In this document: positions 22,482 to 35,052 of the stretch, in pieces
Layout: every line of letters begins with the position of its first letter
How positions within the stretch are numbered: the first letter of the stretch is position 1
Made by a program: the position numbers and the translations under genes
The notes under the pieces: generated by a model
The model's database searches: none
Seen by the model: the letters and a program-made list of their open reading frames with translations, nothing else
What the model was told of the DNA's origin: nothing
NCBI GenBank assembly: GCA_010015805.1
Contig: ML978132.1
Span: 124,001-188,000 of the forward strand
From: Rhizodiscina lignyota
Lineage: Eukaryota
Direction of reading: 5' to 3'
DNA: 64,000 nucleotides

Positions 22482-25400
22482 ATGCGTCTATATCGATTAT
22501 TATTATTATGTTCGCTCCTCCTGGTACTTCTCGTTCAACTCGTCACAGCTACGAATGTCCAACTCGAGGCAAGACAAGACAGCAATAGCCCCTCACCAAC
22601 TCCATCCCGAACGTCATCTAGCGATGACAACAAATCAAGTGTTGCACCTTCGTCGACGGACAAGCTATCACCATCCTCTTCACAGCACAAAAGTGCTAGC
22701 TCGACGGTCCACTCAGCCTCGCAAACTCCAGCACCTTCCTTGACTTCTGCGAGCACGCCGTCGTCATCCAATGGCAAAAATGGTGCGTTACCATCTAGAG
22801 AAGAAGAAATGTACCTCGCGGTTACTGACATTTGTGTTACCAGGCACCACATCAGATGACGGCACCAGCCTGCCTCTCACGCCGAAGATAACGCCTGGCA
22901 TTGGCGTTGCAGGTGCCTTTCTCATGATATCGGGCATTGTGTTCTGTCTTGTGGGAATCAGGAACAAATGGTTTGAGCCTACAATATGCCCGTGTCATAG
23001 AGATACTAACCGTGCCAAGGCTTTATATATCCATGTCCGCAGCGTTCCTCAGCAGCTTGGCTGTTACAGTTCTTATAGTATATCTTATGCACCCACCGGT
23101 GAACGATGCCGTCCAAGGAGGCTTCTTCGTGGCTGCATTCTTCACCGGCTTAATTTTTGGCGCCCTGTCTCTCATATTCACGGACATGACAGAGGGGCTG
23201 GGATGCTTGCTTGGTGGATTTTGTCTTAGCATGTGGTTCTTAGTGCTCAAACCCGATGGCTTGATTGAGTCGCAAGGAGGTAGAGCTATATTCATTGGAG
23301 TCATGAGTGTAGCTTCCTTCTCGTTGTCGTTCAGTCATTATACGAGAAACTACGGCTTAATTTTCTCAATCGCTTTTTCCGGATCCACTGTTACGATACT
23401 GGGTATCGATTGTTTTTCGAGGGCTGGATTGAAAGAGTTTTGGTTGTGGCTCTGGAGTATGCCTTGTTGCAGAATGCTCTTAAATGACCCTAGCTGACCA
23501 GGTAAACAGATCTTAACAGCGATGCATTCCCTCTAAACTCAAACCACTATCCTCAGACACGGGGCATCCGCGTGGAAATTGCCGGCATTGTCCTGATAGC
23601 CCTCTTTGGTCTAATTTCGCAGTTCAAACTGTGGAAGCTCATCAAAGAGCGCCGCGAACGCAAAGACGCCAGTCGCATGCAGGACGAAGTCAATCTCGAG
23701 CAGCTGGAATCAGAGGTTGGACGCCGAATCGAGGATGAAAGTAACCGTGAGCGCGTGAGATGGGAGGCGGTGTACGGTGATAGGGCGAAGGCCCTGGAGA
23801 GTGAGGACAGCATGGCGAAGCCATCTGTCATTGTCAAGGAACTCGCTAACTCGACGAGTGACACGGAGACGTCCAACTCCAGCAAGGATGGGGAAACGAG
23901 GACGCTCTCGAATAGACCGAGCGGAGACGGGAAGCAAGTCACCATTACAGTGCGCAACGAGGATGAGATTCGACAAATTGACGCAGATGGCAACCCGATT
24001 TCAATGGAAAGATCGTTCAGAGACTCTTCCGCGACTGGTAATTCTGGCAGCCGTAAGGTGTCGACAGATGGTGGAAGTGGTGGATATATAAGTGAGAAGC
24101 AATCATTAAGGGCTTCAGGACCAAACCCGCCATTCCTTCCGTTGTCATTCAACTTCGCCTCTGGCGACTTGGGTACCTTTAAGGAAGAGCCAGGTACAGA
24201 CACAGGCTTGCTAGAGCAAAGGCCGGATTCGAGAAGAGGGTCGAAACGGTCATCAGGCGGTCTTATAGCGCGTACCATGTCGAACAGGAGCAGGAAGAAC
24301 CGGAAGTCTACGTCTGAAGAGGACTTGATGATTCCATATGAGGAAGACAGGGCATCATCTGTCGCTGCAACCTATGATATCTTGGACGAAGACCAGATTT
24401 CATTGTCCCAGCACTCCTTCCCACATTCGGATGCCAACTCGGAGCAAGGCGAGAGGCCAGCACAGACCACTCGGCCTACCTCCACAAACGAGGCTGAAAG
24501 CTCCTACAATGTTGACAAGGCTGCTGATGCGGAAGGCGAGCAGGATGGAGAAGAAGATCTGAAGGAGTCACCGAGTCCTACCACAGAACAGAAGACATCT
24601 CCCAAATCGAAAGCGCGTAGGACGTCCAAGAGAATGTCACAAATGTCTGCTCAAGATGAAGAAGGCGGCCCATCCCGGCCGCGGTCACGCGCACCATCTA
24701 GGCCGCAATCACTACATTCTGCAGGAGCTGAGTCATTTGCGGCCAGTCTGGCGGAACATCTGCCCGAGAAGCTCTCAAAGATTGCGTTGTCATATCGTAC
24801 GAATGAGTGGGCGAAACATCTGGAAGTGGCCGAGAAGCCTGATGTTGAAGAAATTGCGGAGCCAGAATCGCCAGGCATACAAGTTGACCCGACATTTGCT
24901 GAGACGGTCAAGAAAGAGTCGGAGGCGAAGAATGTCGATGGAGACAAGACCCCTCCACAGGGCTCCGTCACTGTTAAAGGCAATTCGATCACTGTTGTGC
25001 CACATTCCGAGCGACCGCAGACCTCGTCCGCTGCTGCTCCTCCGCTCCTCCGACAAGGATCGAGTACCACGATTCCTCGACCATCAACCTCTTCGAAGGT
25101 GGCAATGAGACCAGAATCGAGTGTGATCAATATGGGCGGCTCTCTGTCACGTCAGTCATCTGCAACCCGGCTTGCCGTCCGACCACCCAAGCGCACTTCA
25201 TCCGGCCCTATGACTGGCATGACACTGCTTGAATCTCCAGGAGAAGATGAGTCTGATGTCGAGAGAGCTTATGAGACGCTTGTATCTCCGGCGCCAGATA
25301 CTCTCCTTGGAAAGCGAGAGACAATGATGAAGCATCGCGTCTCGTCCATGTCCTTCAACCAATTTGCTTCTACTCCAAACGTCAATGTTCTCCCAGCCTC

Positions 25401-25968
25401 GGAGGCGGGCAGCTTCGCACGGCCCACTTCTCATAATGGGCAGCAAGCCAGTCGAACATCACCCGTGGCCGAGCAGCTCCAGGGCCTCGATGAAGAAGAC
25501 ATGACCCTCGCAGAGCGTCGACAGCTCATCCAAGCACACCGACGTGCATCAGGCGGCATGCCACCGACTTCTGCTCCGCAAGGCGCGCAATCACGGCCAC
25601 AATCCGCACAGCAGCCACTCGGCTCCGTTGCTGTCCCCAACTTCGATTCCCATCAGCCGAAACGCGACGCCTCCTCGATGGACGCCTCCAAGCGCGAAGC
25701 AATGCTCGCATCATGGCGCGCCTCGATGCGTAACGAGTTCTCTGCGACCTCGACACCTACTGGGGCACAGAGGCCTGCACCCGACGAGGGCCGCAGGGCA
25801 ACACTGCTGAACGAGCGGAAGCAGGCGGAGATGATGAAGGCGATGCAGGAGAGGCAGGCAAACGCGAGAGATGCAGCGTTTGATACGGCGATGAGGAGAG
25901 GCGATATGCTCGACCTGCATAAAGAGGCCATGCGGAAGATGCAGGGCCAAGCGAACAGAAACGCTTGA
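22482..25968 (+). CDS. Membrane protein with signal peptide, Ser-rich stalk, multi-TM DUF4203/TMEM198-like domain and long disordered cytoplasmic tail; about 4 exons
   Basis: Hydrophobic N-terminus MRLYRLLLLCSLLLV and a TM block ITPGIGVAGAFLM...GLGCLLGGFCLSMWFL...LGIDCFSRAGLKEFW. The tail has SYRTNEWAKHL and HKEAMRKMQ motifs. Confidence 0.7.
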
Positions 25969-27699
25969 ACCTGCAGCCTCTTAGTTTGATTTGATTTTTT
26001 TTCAGTTCTCTGCTCCTGCTGTCTGTCGTTCCGGCATAGGTTCCAAGAGCCTTCACAGCGCGCTCTTCTTCATTCATTTCTTCAGCGATGTGCTTTATAC
26101 CCCTTGGAATTTGGAACTTTCATCAGCCTTGCTCTAGCAGGCTGGATTTGCGGCATCTGTCATATGCGTTTGTTGCTTCATGTTTACTTTGGAATTGCAC
26201 GTCTACCGACGAACCATAGCAAGGGAATGAGATTACGGGATACACAAAAACGCATTGGAGCTCGGAGGTCACGGACACGGTCTTCACCATATACTACTCA
26301 TAATCTAATCTATTCACAATCCGCCAATTTCTAGTCAGCATCGCTTCGACTTTCAGTTGTACGTACGAGGATAATTGAGAACTGTTCGGATGATGTTGAT
26401 GCCAGCCCCCAGATCTTAGCCCTACCATTCCCCTTCCATCTGCAGCATAGCACAGCAACTGCAACCTTGAAGTGGCCGCTGATTTGCTTTGTCATTCCGC
26501 TGTGGGTCGTATTCGATTCATTGATGTTGCGACATGGGAGGTCAGCAGAAAGCAGAATGACGACAGCCTGCTTGCTTTTCCGCCATTTCGCAAACCTTAA
26601 AGCGACTTGCAACATCAAATGGCTGAGCAGACGCGTGTTGCCTCGCTTGCATACATCACTGAGCTTGCAATGATCTGAAATGGTGCCTGAGGCGTCCATT
26701 CGAACAGTCCTCGGCTGATAGGGGGTGCGTTGGGCAGGAATGTTGCGCTGGTTCCTCCGCAACAGCCTCATGCGCTACGCGGGCTGCATGCACGACGATA
26801 ATCTTCCGACGATTGACGTCTTTGAGCTTCACTTTATGTGATCGGTCGTCCACTTGCATGCCCTCGCGCCGCTGGGATTCGCTGCATCACTTCTCGGAGG
26901 GACCGGTTCAGATTTATAGGCTTGGTGTGATATTTCATAAGCTTTCTCCCGCCGCTACAGCAGAAGCGAAATTGCCGCACGCTTCGTTTGCCTTCGTCTC
27001 TCGTTTTCGGGCGCGACGTGCGAAAGCTTCGCGACCAAGGGCTCGCAGAGAATTATTCAGCTGAGAGGATGTGGAATTGGGAGATGACGTCCTTAAGATC
27101 TACCGGTATGCTCAATCGAATCTGGACGCCGCCCGAAGGTACGGTTCTTATGCTGGCGTTAATCACCGAATCCAGCACTGGACCGTGTGGTTGTCTCCAC
27201 CGCGTGCAATTTCGAATTCCTGAACGGCTTTTAGCTCGCCCATCGAGCAGAGCTAAGAGGCTAAGCCGCGCAAAGTCGCGCGATAATGCGTTCAGAAGGT
27301 AAGGCTAGCAGCTGGCAGACTTCCGAATGCCCTTCTAGTGCCCTTCCTCCTGTTTCTTCTGCTGAAGCATCACGATCGGCCCTGTCAGCCCAATGCTGAT
27401 TTTCCGCCACCAAAGACGAATGGACACTAGCACAGCTGGCACAGGGCAGGGCGTACCCCTGGAAGCATATGGCACTGTCTTTCGGGAATGAGGTGAACGT
27501 TTTCGAGGATCACACTTGGCTCAATGCGTTGCATGTTTTTACGGCTGTCTCTAGGGATGAGATGAAGGAAAGATAGATATAATCGCACATCCGCCTTCTT
27601 CTCCTGTGAGCATTTTTTTGGCCTGATCGCTGCACCTACTAGCCGCTCCTTCATCCCACGTCGTTGGCGTCGAGTCGAATTTTGCCGTTGGCACAGGGC

Positions 27700-29266
27700 A
27701 TGGAGCCCATCATAAGCGAGCAGAACCTGCACGTTTCATCAGCACCACGGCGTCCTCTACCGACAACCAACCTTCCACCCAGACCACGGACCCGGCTCAA
27801 GTCGAGACAACTGCTTTGCCAACAGCCCCATCTTCCGTACAACGCTGGAGTCACTTCTTCAATATCGGCCGAGGTCCCTGGCCGAACAACGCGACTCCCA
27901 GACGACCGCGAAGTCCGACCAGACCTAACGTACGGGTCGAGCACCCACAACTCCGCGAAGGAACGCCCAGGAGGACAGAGGGACGAGACGAATACCCGCT
28001 CCTGACGCTCCCTGAGCAGCGTCAAAGTCGGCAGAGCATCTCCGGCAGCCTTGTCGTCGAGCACTCGGCGGGAGGAGGCAGTAGTCGCACCTCAATTGGC
28101 CTGCCCCCAGGCCGCCGAAGCTTCGCGGCAGAACGAGAAGGTGCACAGCAGCAACAACCCACGTCTCCGACATTCACAACAGCGCCGACCACTTCGCGCC
28201 CGCCGCCGTTGACGGAAAAGGGACGAGGGAAACAGCGAGCACCTGAGCCTCCAGAAGACGCTCTCCAGCCACCAGAAGCCGAGTCAAGCTACGAAGCTGC
28301 AGGCACTCCATTTCCCGCACAGCGCAACATGCCACCACCCGGCGGGGCACAGTTCGACAATGCGCCCTCACAGCCTCTCGACCTCGAAGCTCAAAACATC
28401 TCCCGTCTCAAGCGCTCCGGCTCGCGCGCCTCTCTACCGCTATCCGTACAGCCCTCCACACCACACTCTGACGCCGGCACGCGCGACGGACCAGAACCTG
28501 CGTTGCAACCGCCGCCTGGAGGCGAGGAGGAGGACTACCAATGGGGCCCTTCGCACCCTTGTTTCCCTCATCTGAATCCACACGTCCCGCTCGACTCTCC
28601 ACTCTACGAGTCTACGAAGATAATACGCGTGAAAAGAGACTGGATGGTAGCAGGCGATCTGGCACCAACATTTGCGAACCTATATCCCGAGGTGCTGGAT
28701 CCGCTCGTCTCAGAAGAATCGTTCCGCACAATCATCAGGAAGATAAATTCGGAGCTGGTTGCTGCGTTTTCGCCCTTTACCATGAGAGCGTGGATCGATG
28801 CGCTGCTGGGTCTAGCGACGTTCTGGCTATGGGACGACGCAGGCCTGACGGGCGTGAAGAGCAGGTTGAAGCATCTGGAGACGTGGATAGAGCAGTGGAA
28901 TAGAGGGGAAGGAAGCAAAGAGGGCGTGCAGATCATACCATTAAGAAGGACAGGGTACATGACTGTAAGAGCCTCCATTTCTGTTTCAGTCTTCATTCAT
29001 ACGCGCAATCGCATCTGCTTCGAATTTTGTTCGTGCAGTGGCTGACTTCGATATAGCTCGACTTCCAAATTCCAGACCCACATATCGGCCTCGACAACGG
29101 TACCAACGCCGGCTCCACATCGCGCCTCCCCACTAGTACAGATGTGAATAACCCACCTGGACTCGATTCTGCACGCCATGGCGAGCTCGGCCCATATCAG
29201 ATTGTTCAAGACCTCGCCACGCTTAGAGCAGGCGGGATGCAAACTCTGGCGGGGACGGCGCGATGA
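27700..29266 (+). CDS. Erf4/Golgin-A7 family palmitoyltransferase accessory subunit with disordered N-terminus; start exon tentative
   Basis: C-terminal domain HPCFPHLNPHVP...IIRVKRDWMVAGDLAPTFANLYPEVLD...IIPLRRTGYMT|LDFQIPDP, with an intron near 28964-29056. A possible first exon 27700-27732 splices in frame to 27783. Confidence 0.72.
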
Positions 29267-29811
29267 AAAATAATAATATGCATAGTAGGATAATCGGTAA
29301 TTCACGAAGAGACGCCCGGCGGACTGGACTTCCTTTTGTTATTTGGAGCGTTGAGCGTGGCGCGCATTATGGGTCGGGGCATGGCATTAGTGGGCGTTGA
29401 TAGGGGCAGATGCCAGTTCTTGGTGCACAATGATGGATCGCGAGGATGGCAGCGTATCAAGGACGTTCTTCCTGGTTCTTCTGACCTCTTGTGCTCTTCT
29501 TCGATTTGCTTAGACTCTGTTTTGCTGGCATTGATACCCTTTTTCATTTCGTCTCCGCAGCAATTCGCTGGTTTATTTTCAACGTTAAACAGCTTCAATG
29601 TGACAACCAATCAACGTACCACCAAAACTGCACCAGCGTCGCCGTTGAAAAATCTTTCCAATTCAGTGAAATCACTCAGAGGTCTCTGTGAGGATCAAAC
29701 CCTCCATCTGCTTCCCTTTCTCTTTTCTTCATCTTGCATCTCAAACTTTGAAGAAGTACAACATCAGAGCTCATCTCAGAGCATCACCATCACATCTCAA
29801 ACATCATCAAC

Positions 29812-30438
29812 ATGTACAGACTCCACAAACCCTCTTCCTTCTACCCTTTCTCCTCCAAGCCCGAGGAGTCAACCTGGACGCTGCGCTACAAAACAGAACC
29901 TCCGCTCTTCTTCTCGCCGCCAATTGTCGAGGAGAACACACGCGCAGACGCCATCTTCGGCCGCCGGGACAAGGTCCCGCCCGAGCTGTTCGCGTGGTAC
30001 CTGTCCTGTACCAGACTGTACGCGCAAGACCCGTTCTGGTGTCCCGGGGCCATCGCCCGCTGGGCAGAAGACGTGAGGCCGGCCCCGCACGAGGAGCTGA
30101 TGGCTGTGATGATGGAGCGAGAGGCGCAGCGGCTGCGCGGGGAGTGGGCAAGGGCGGAGGAGGAGAGAAGGGTCGCTGCGGCTGCACGGGCGAGAAGGCG
30201 GAAGGGGCGTCAGAGGGAAAGGCGGGAGTGGTCGGCGGGGAGGCGGCGGGAGCATGCGAGGGAGGAGGAGGCGCTTGCGCGGGGGCGAAGGGTGCAGGAG
30301 AGGGAAGAGGAGGAGCGTCTGCGGAGAGAGCGAACGCTTGCATGGGCACCGGCCGTGCGCGAGGAAGAGTGGGTGTTGGTGCAGAGCAAAGGTAGGCGGA
30401 GAAGGGGGGTTAGGCACAGAGCGTGTTGTAGTAGTTAG
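29812..30438 (+). CDS. Orphan hypothetical protein (208 aa) with an Arg/Glu-rich helical C-terminus
   Basis: ATG in a CAACATG context after a CA-rich leader typical of fungal 5' UTRs. No family recognised. Confidence 0.4.
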   Translation: MYRLHKPSSFYPFSSKPEESTWTLRYKTEPPLFFSPPIVEENTRADAIFGRRDKVPPELFAWYLSCTRLYAQDPFWCPGAIARWAEDVRPAPHEELMAVMMEREAQRLRGEWARAEEERRVAAAARARRRKGRQRERREWSAGRRREHAREEEALARGRRVQEREEEERLRRERTLAWAPAVREEEWVLVQSKGRRRRGVRHRACCSS

Positions 30439-30974
30439 GGCATCAATTGGCATAGAGTTTCGTTCGTCCTGTGTTCACTTCCGCTGTAGTCGCACCGACA
30501 GCTCGAGCCAGGTGCAATATCACATTTACTCCGCTCGACTTAGGTCACGTTGCTTGTGCTCCACGGTATTCAAGTAAACTTTGAATATGCGCCAACGAAT
30601 TGTGAACATATATGTGAAATAGTAGACTAACCATCGTCAAGTACTTCGTTCCATTGACGCCGGTGTCAATGTGATGTGGCCAATGTCGCAGTGCCTTGTT
30701 GAATCTCGAACGCATAGACGTGCCAATATTTCTTCCTCAGGCGCCAGCACAAGGCTGACAACGAAATGAAAAAATATTGGCACCAACTGCATAAAGCCTG
30801 CACAGTAGTCAGCATCGTCTGCCAAATCGGACTGCTTTGATGCGTCGGAGTGTCACAACTCACCAAAGTTGGTGCAAAAGCTCTCCGTGCAACCTCCCTT
30901 TACATTCTTCCTCATTTATCCGCCCTCAGTCATCGGTCGCTCGAAGGGTATTCATAAACCGTAAACGCATCACA

Positions 30975-31335
30975 ATAACAAAAGAAAGAGGAAGCAAGAA
31001 TAGAAAAGGGAAAGCGGAAGAGAAGACCCAAAAACAGGTGAAGGCGAGGAGGGAGCATGTGTGGAAGAGGATACATAGGTGAATAGGGGTGCGGAGAGAG
31101 GATACAGGCGGCAGAGGATATAGCAGAAGGAATCGGAAGAGAGGCGGAAGAGAAGCGGTATAGGTGAGGAGGTGAGCGGAAGAGAGGCAGGAGAGAGGGT
31201 CTACATAGGTGTATCGGAGGCGGTGAACGCGCGAGTAGGAGGAGTGCAGAGGAAGAAAGAATGACGGAGGTGAAGGTGCATAGGTAATTGCAGCGAAAGG
31301 AGAGGAAAGGGATAGGAAGTGAAATATAAGAGATA
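30975..31335. repeat. Purine (GA)-rich low-complexity tract with strong strand asymmetry
   Basis: Seen directly (runs such as ggaagagaggcggaagagaagc). No credible ORF. Confidence 0.7.
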
Positions 31336-31393
31336 CTTAGCTGCTATCCTCCGCTTCTACCTCTTCAGGCGGCACCCTAAGTCCAAAAAGGAT

Positions 31394-31752
31394 CTGCGAG
31401 CACGTTAGCGAACCAAGGGGAGTGGGAGTGACTTACCTTGAAGAACCTATGAACACGTTAGCAAATCAAAGGGGGTAGGGCTCACTTACCTGGCAGAGAG
31501 ATGTACCTGTGCACAGTTAGCATACCAAAGCAGGAGGGGGACGACTTACCTGGAGAACACCTGTGCACAGTTAGCATACCAATCAGGGAGGGAATGACTT
31601 ACCTGGAAGAAGAAAGATATGCCTGTACACAGTTAGTGAACACAAGGGGAGAGGATCACCTACCTGAAAGAACCAGATGTATCTGCGCACACGTTAGCCA
31701 GCATGGGGGGAGGGGCCTACCTGTAAAGAAACCAATCTGCTGACAAGTCAGC
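31394..31752 (-). other. Tandem array of six mini-introns (38-43 nt) separated by micro-exons (10-20 nt), plus an upstream branch/acceptor
   Basis: On the minus strand each unit reads GTAAGT/GTAGGY - pyrimidine tract - RCTAAC - 9-10 nt ending YAG. Introns: 31683-31720, 31623-31663, 31561-31602, 31507-31549, 31447-31489, 31394-31436. Confidence 0.8.
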
Positions 31753-32654
31753 ATGATATCCCAAGAGTTCCAGAACAAATTGAAGTGCGAGGCGGGGAGT
31801 GTGTGCTGCGGTGGAGAGCCTGAGCCAGAGCAAGTTTGAACTGGTGCCGAACCATAGGTAAACTCTTGGCGGAAGACTCTGCATTGCCTGGGGCACTGGT
31901 GGGAGAGGAGTATGCCTGCCCCGGGAGAAGCATCTGCAACATGTTGCGCATCGATGAGGACAGAGGAGATTCTACTTAGCGAGAAGCGTCGGCAAGATGA
32001 GGCGTCCTGGCGGAGGAGGTAAAAAAACAGCCATGCGTTGCCGTTCAGCCACCTTTGGAGGATTAGAGTCGGAGGGCCGGTGAAGTGTTGTGACCACATC
32101 CTTCCGAAGGCCGTGCAATGATGCGATAGCGTTGATTGGCAATAAGGTCAATGGTCGTCGAGCGCTGACGCCACATTGACGGATGGATGATGGAGTTTGA
32201 CATGATCTCTCTCCATCAATCGAGCATCGGTGACGGAGATGAGGGCAGGAGATCACGATGAATGTATGGATGGGATTGTGAGACATTGATGGAGTGTTGA
32301 TTGCTATGAATGGAGGCTCTATCTGTGTTTGTAGAGAGGTGCAAAGGAAGCTCGCCAGCAAAGAAGGAAGAAGATCCTTGGATGAGAGATGCATGATGTG
32401 AGAGAGAGATAGACAGAATACGAGAACGCTCTGCAACAGAAATGAAAGGCCGGATGGAAGAGCAACGCCAAGGTGGAATTCGGTCTTCAGTTGCAATGGC
32501 CATAGTGGCATAGCGACAGTGGCACCGTAAGGAAAGGCCCTCGGAAACTTCCTGGACCACCAGCAGAGATTGGATGATCCCGGAAGGAGGAAGCCATCGA
32601 GTGATGCGAGAGGAAAGTGAAAAGTAGAGGAAAGAGAATGCGAAAGTGACATAC

Positions 32655-33160
32655 CATCCTTTCCTAGTGCCCTTGGTGAAGAACACCGATTGGCACGAAT
32701 CCCACCGCGTGTACCAGGCGTCGTCAGATTCGTTCGGTCGCGGAAGTTCGAGGTGCCCGCGGACATGCATGAGGGCCCTATAGAAGTCACAGTTCTCTGG
32801 AGCCTCCCAGAGGGGGTTGCATCGGGGGAGGGACTTACCGCCGTTCCATTCCGGTAACCAGGTGTAAGGAATGACCCGTACACCTTTCACCACCTCTTTT
32901 GCCGGCCAGTGGACCTTGGGCTTTGGATTGCTCCGCGGCACCAGAGGGTCCAGTCCCATCAGTCGGCGTTCCTCACAAGTGTGGAACTCGGCCTCCATGA
33001 TTGGAGACCGCCTCGCAGAATGACTCCCCGAAGCTGCCTTCGGATCAATGCCAGACTTTGAGGGGCCGGGCTGGGGCGGCGACGAAGGGTTGTGCAATGA
33101 GCGGGCAGCGCTCGCCTTCGTCGCACGCATATAATGTGGGATCTGATTCTGTTTTGCCAT
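32655..33160 (-). CDS. Orphan hypothetical protein, probable first exon (3' structure unresolved)
   Basis: ATG 33160 begins MAKQNQIPHYMRATKASAARS and the frame stays protein-like to GTRKG. It is followed by a GTATGT donor at 32654 and pyrimidine-rich sequence. Confidence 0.4.
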
Positions 33161-35052
33161 TGCGTTAGCAAATGGCTCTTGCAAAGTTTGTGTGTTTGGG
33201 TTTGGATTGCTTGTGAAACTTGTGAAACTTGGGGGGCACTTAGCTTGTTCAAGTTTTCTATGGTGAGGAGAAAAGAAAGAGGAAGGAAAGAAAGAGGAAG
33301 GAAAGAAGAGGAGGGCCTTAAATAGTTTTCGAAGCGGGCAGTTCAGCGCTAGGCTGCAAAGCGAAAGGCGGCCAGAATCTAGTTCATTTACGGTATAGTG
33401 AGTTGCATGTGATGAAAGGATGATAAGAAACACCCAGAAGAGAGTAAGAGAGGTTTGCTGTACAATAACATGAATATATATACATAAGACCCATCGGGGA
33501 GGTAGGCAAGGGGCTTACAAGTGACAGCAAGTCTCAGAATGCGTAACTAAGTGAAGAGTGGAGAGATATCGCTCTTGCTGCGTAAACGAGCTGCCAAGTC
33601 AGGTGATGGTGCACGTAAGGAGCGCTGGCATGCCAGGTACCGAAAAGGCTGGCTTGGCGCTGGCGAGGGCACTGTAGCATGGTGCCCTAGAGGATGCTTG
33701 AAGGCAAGAGGCCTTGTAGAAGGCGCGCGGCAGCCTTTGGGCGGGAGAAAGGGCCTGTATGTTATCATGCTAGAGAAACTGAAATGAATGAGACTACTTT
33801 TATGCCCGGGACTGATGTGGTGGCTGAGATATCGATGAAGAGGTCCCGTCCTGGCTGCTAGAAGCAGTGAGATTGCTCACGAACCACTAGGCAGCGCAGC
33901 GGCACCACGGCTCTGAGGGTATGTATGAGAGCTTCAAAGGGATAGAGACACGCAGAAAAATAGATTTAAGGAGTAATTTATGTGCAAGAGACGGCAGTTG
34001 TGAGGACTCCTGAAAATGGTACAGAAGGAGCCAGCTTGAGCACTTGGGACTCCACAACGCAAGCGTGCGTGCATAAAATATCAGGCATAGAGATACCGAT
34101 AGGAGTACTGGAAGCAGCAAACAAGCCAAACAGATGGAAATCCATTGTACGCGGCGACCGGAGTCGGAAATCGTATCTGCTGCTACCGGCAAGGGCTCTC
34201 GGCATGCCAAAGCAATCGCCCCCAGTGCCCGGCAGCCAACAAGGGGAGCGAAAGCATAACGCGCACAATAACAACCCAACTACAGAGCAAGGCGTTTGGC
34301 AATGAAACGGAAATCAATATAACGGGACATCTAACAATAATAGCGAACATTGCAAGTATAGCATATTGCAAAACAAGGAGCTCTTACGCAAAGCAGGTTC
34401 AGAAAGGTCGTACCTGCTATATCAATGATGGTAGACTGGAACATGGCCCTACAATGGAAACTTGACATCTCTCAATCATTGCGGCATCAAAAGGTGAGGT
34501 TCAAAGCTTCTAGTCCTTAGAACATGTCTGACGAGTGAGGCAGACACTCTCAGAGACACGCTTAAAGACGTATATGCAAGGAAATTGCTGTAAAAGAGTC
34601 AATCGTTGGTGATGACGACTTCATGAACGGGTGACATTTTGTTAACGAGCTGGCAGAACGGAAGGCAACGTTTCATCGATAGCGGCCATCAACTGACGTA
34701 AAGCTGTGGAAGATACGATGTGGACGATTGAACAGGCTTAAGGTGCAGAGACCACACTTGTTTGGACGTGTCGAGGGCAAAGAAACAAGCGGCATAGCGA
34801 GGTGTACTTGATTTCGAAGGCTTGACGTTGAATCAAGGACACGAAAACGGTCGAGGGCCCGCAGTAAACACGTGAGCGGCTTGGTGTTCTTATTTCCGCC
34901 AGTGCGGGCGGCAGCGGTCGACACAACGTTCGACGCCACCTCAACTTCCACTGCACTCTCATCTACATCTCTACATCACCCACCATTGAAACAATTGGCC
35001 TCCTGCCATCCTCACGCTCTCCACCGTCCCACATCAGTCAATAACCGCCACC

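Noticed and set aside
26100..27650. Short ORFs on both strands
   Set aside because: No family similarity, and I could not build a coherent spliced model.
29336..30453. Overlapping long ORFs in several frames and both strands
   Set aside because: Explained by GC-rich, stop-poor sequence. Only the ATG 29812 frame was kept, tentatively.
31394..31737. Repeat-spacer periodicity resembling a CRISPR array
   Set aside because: The genome is eukaryotic with no cas genes, the repeats are degenerate, and the conserved parts are exactly spliceosomal donor, branch and acceptor signals.
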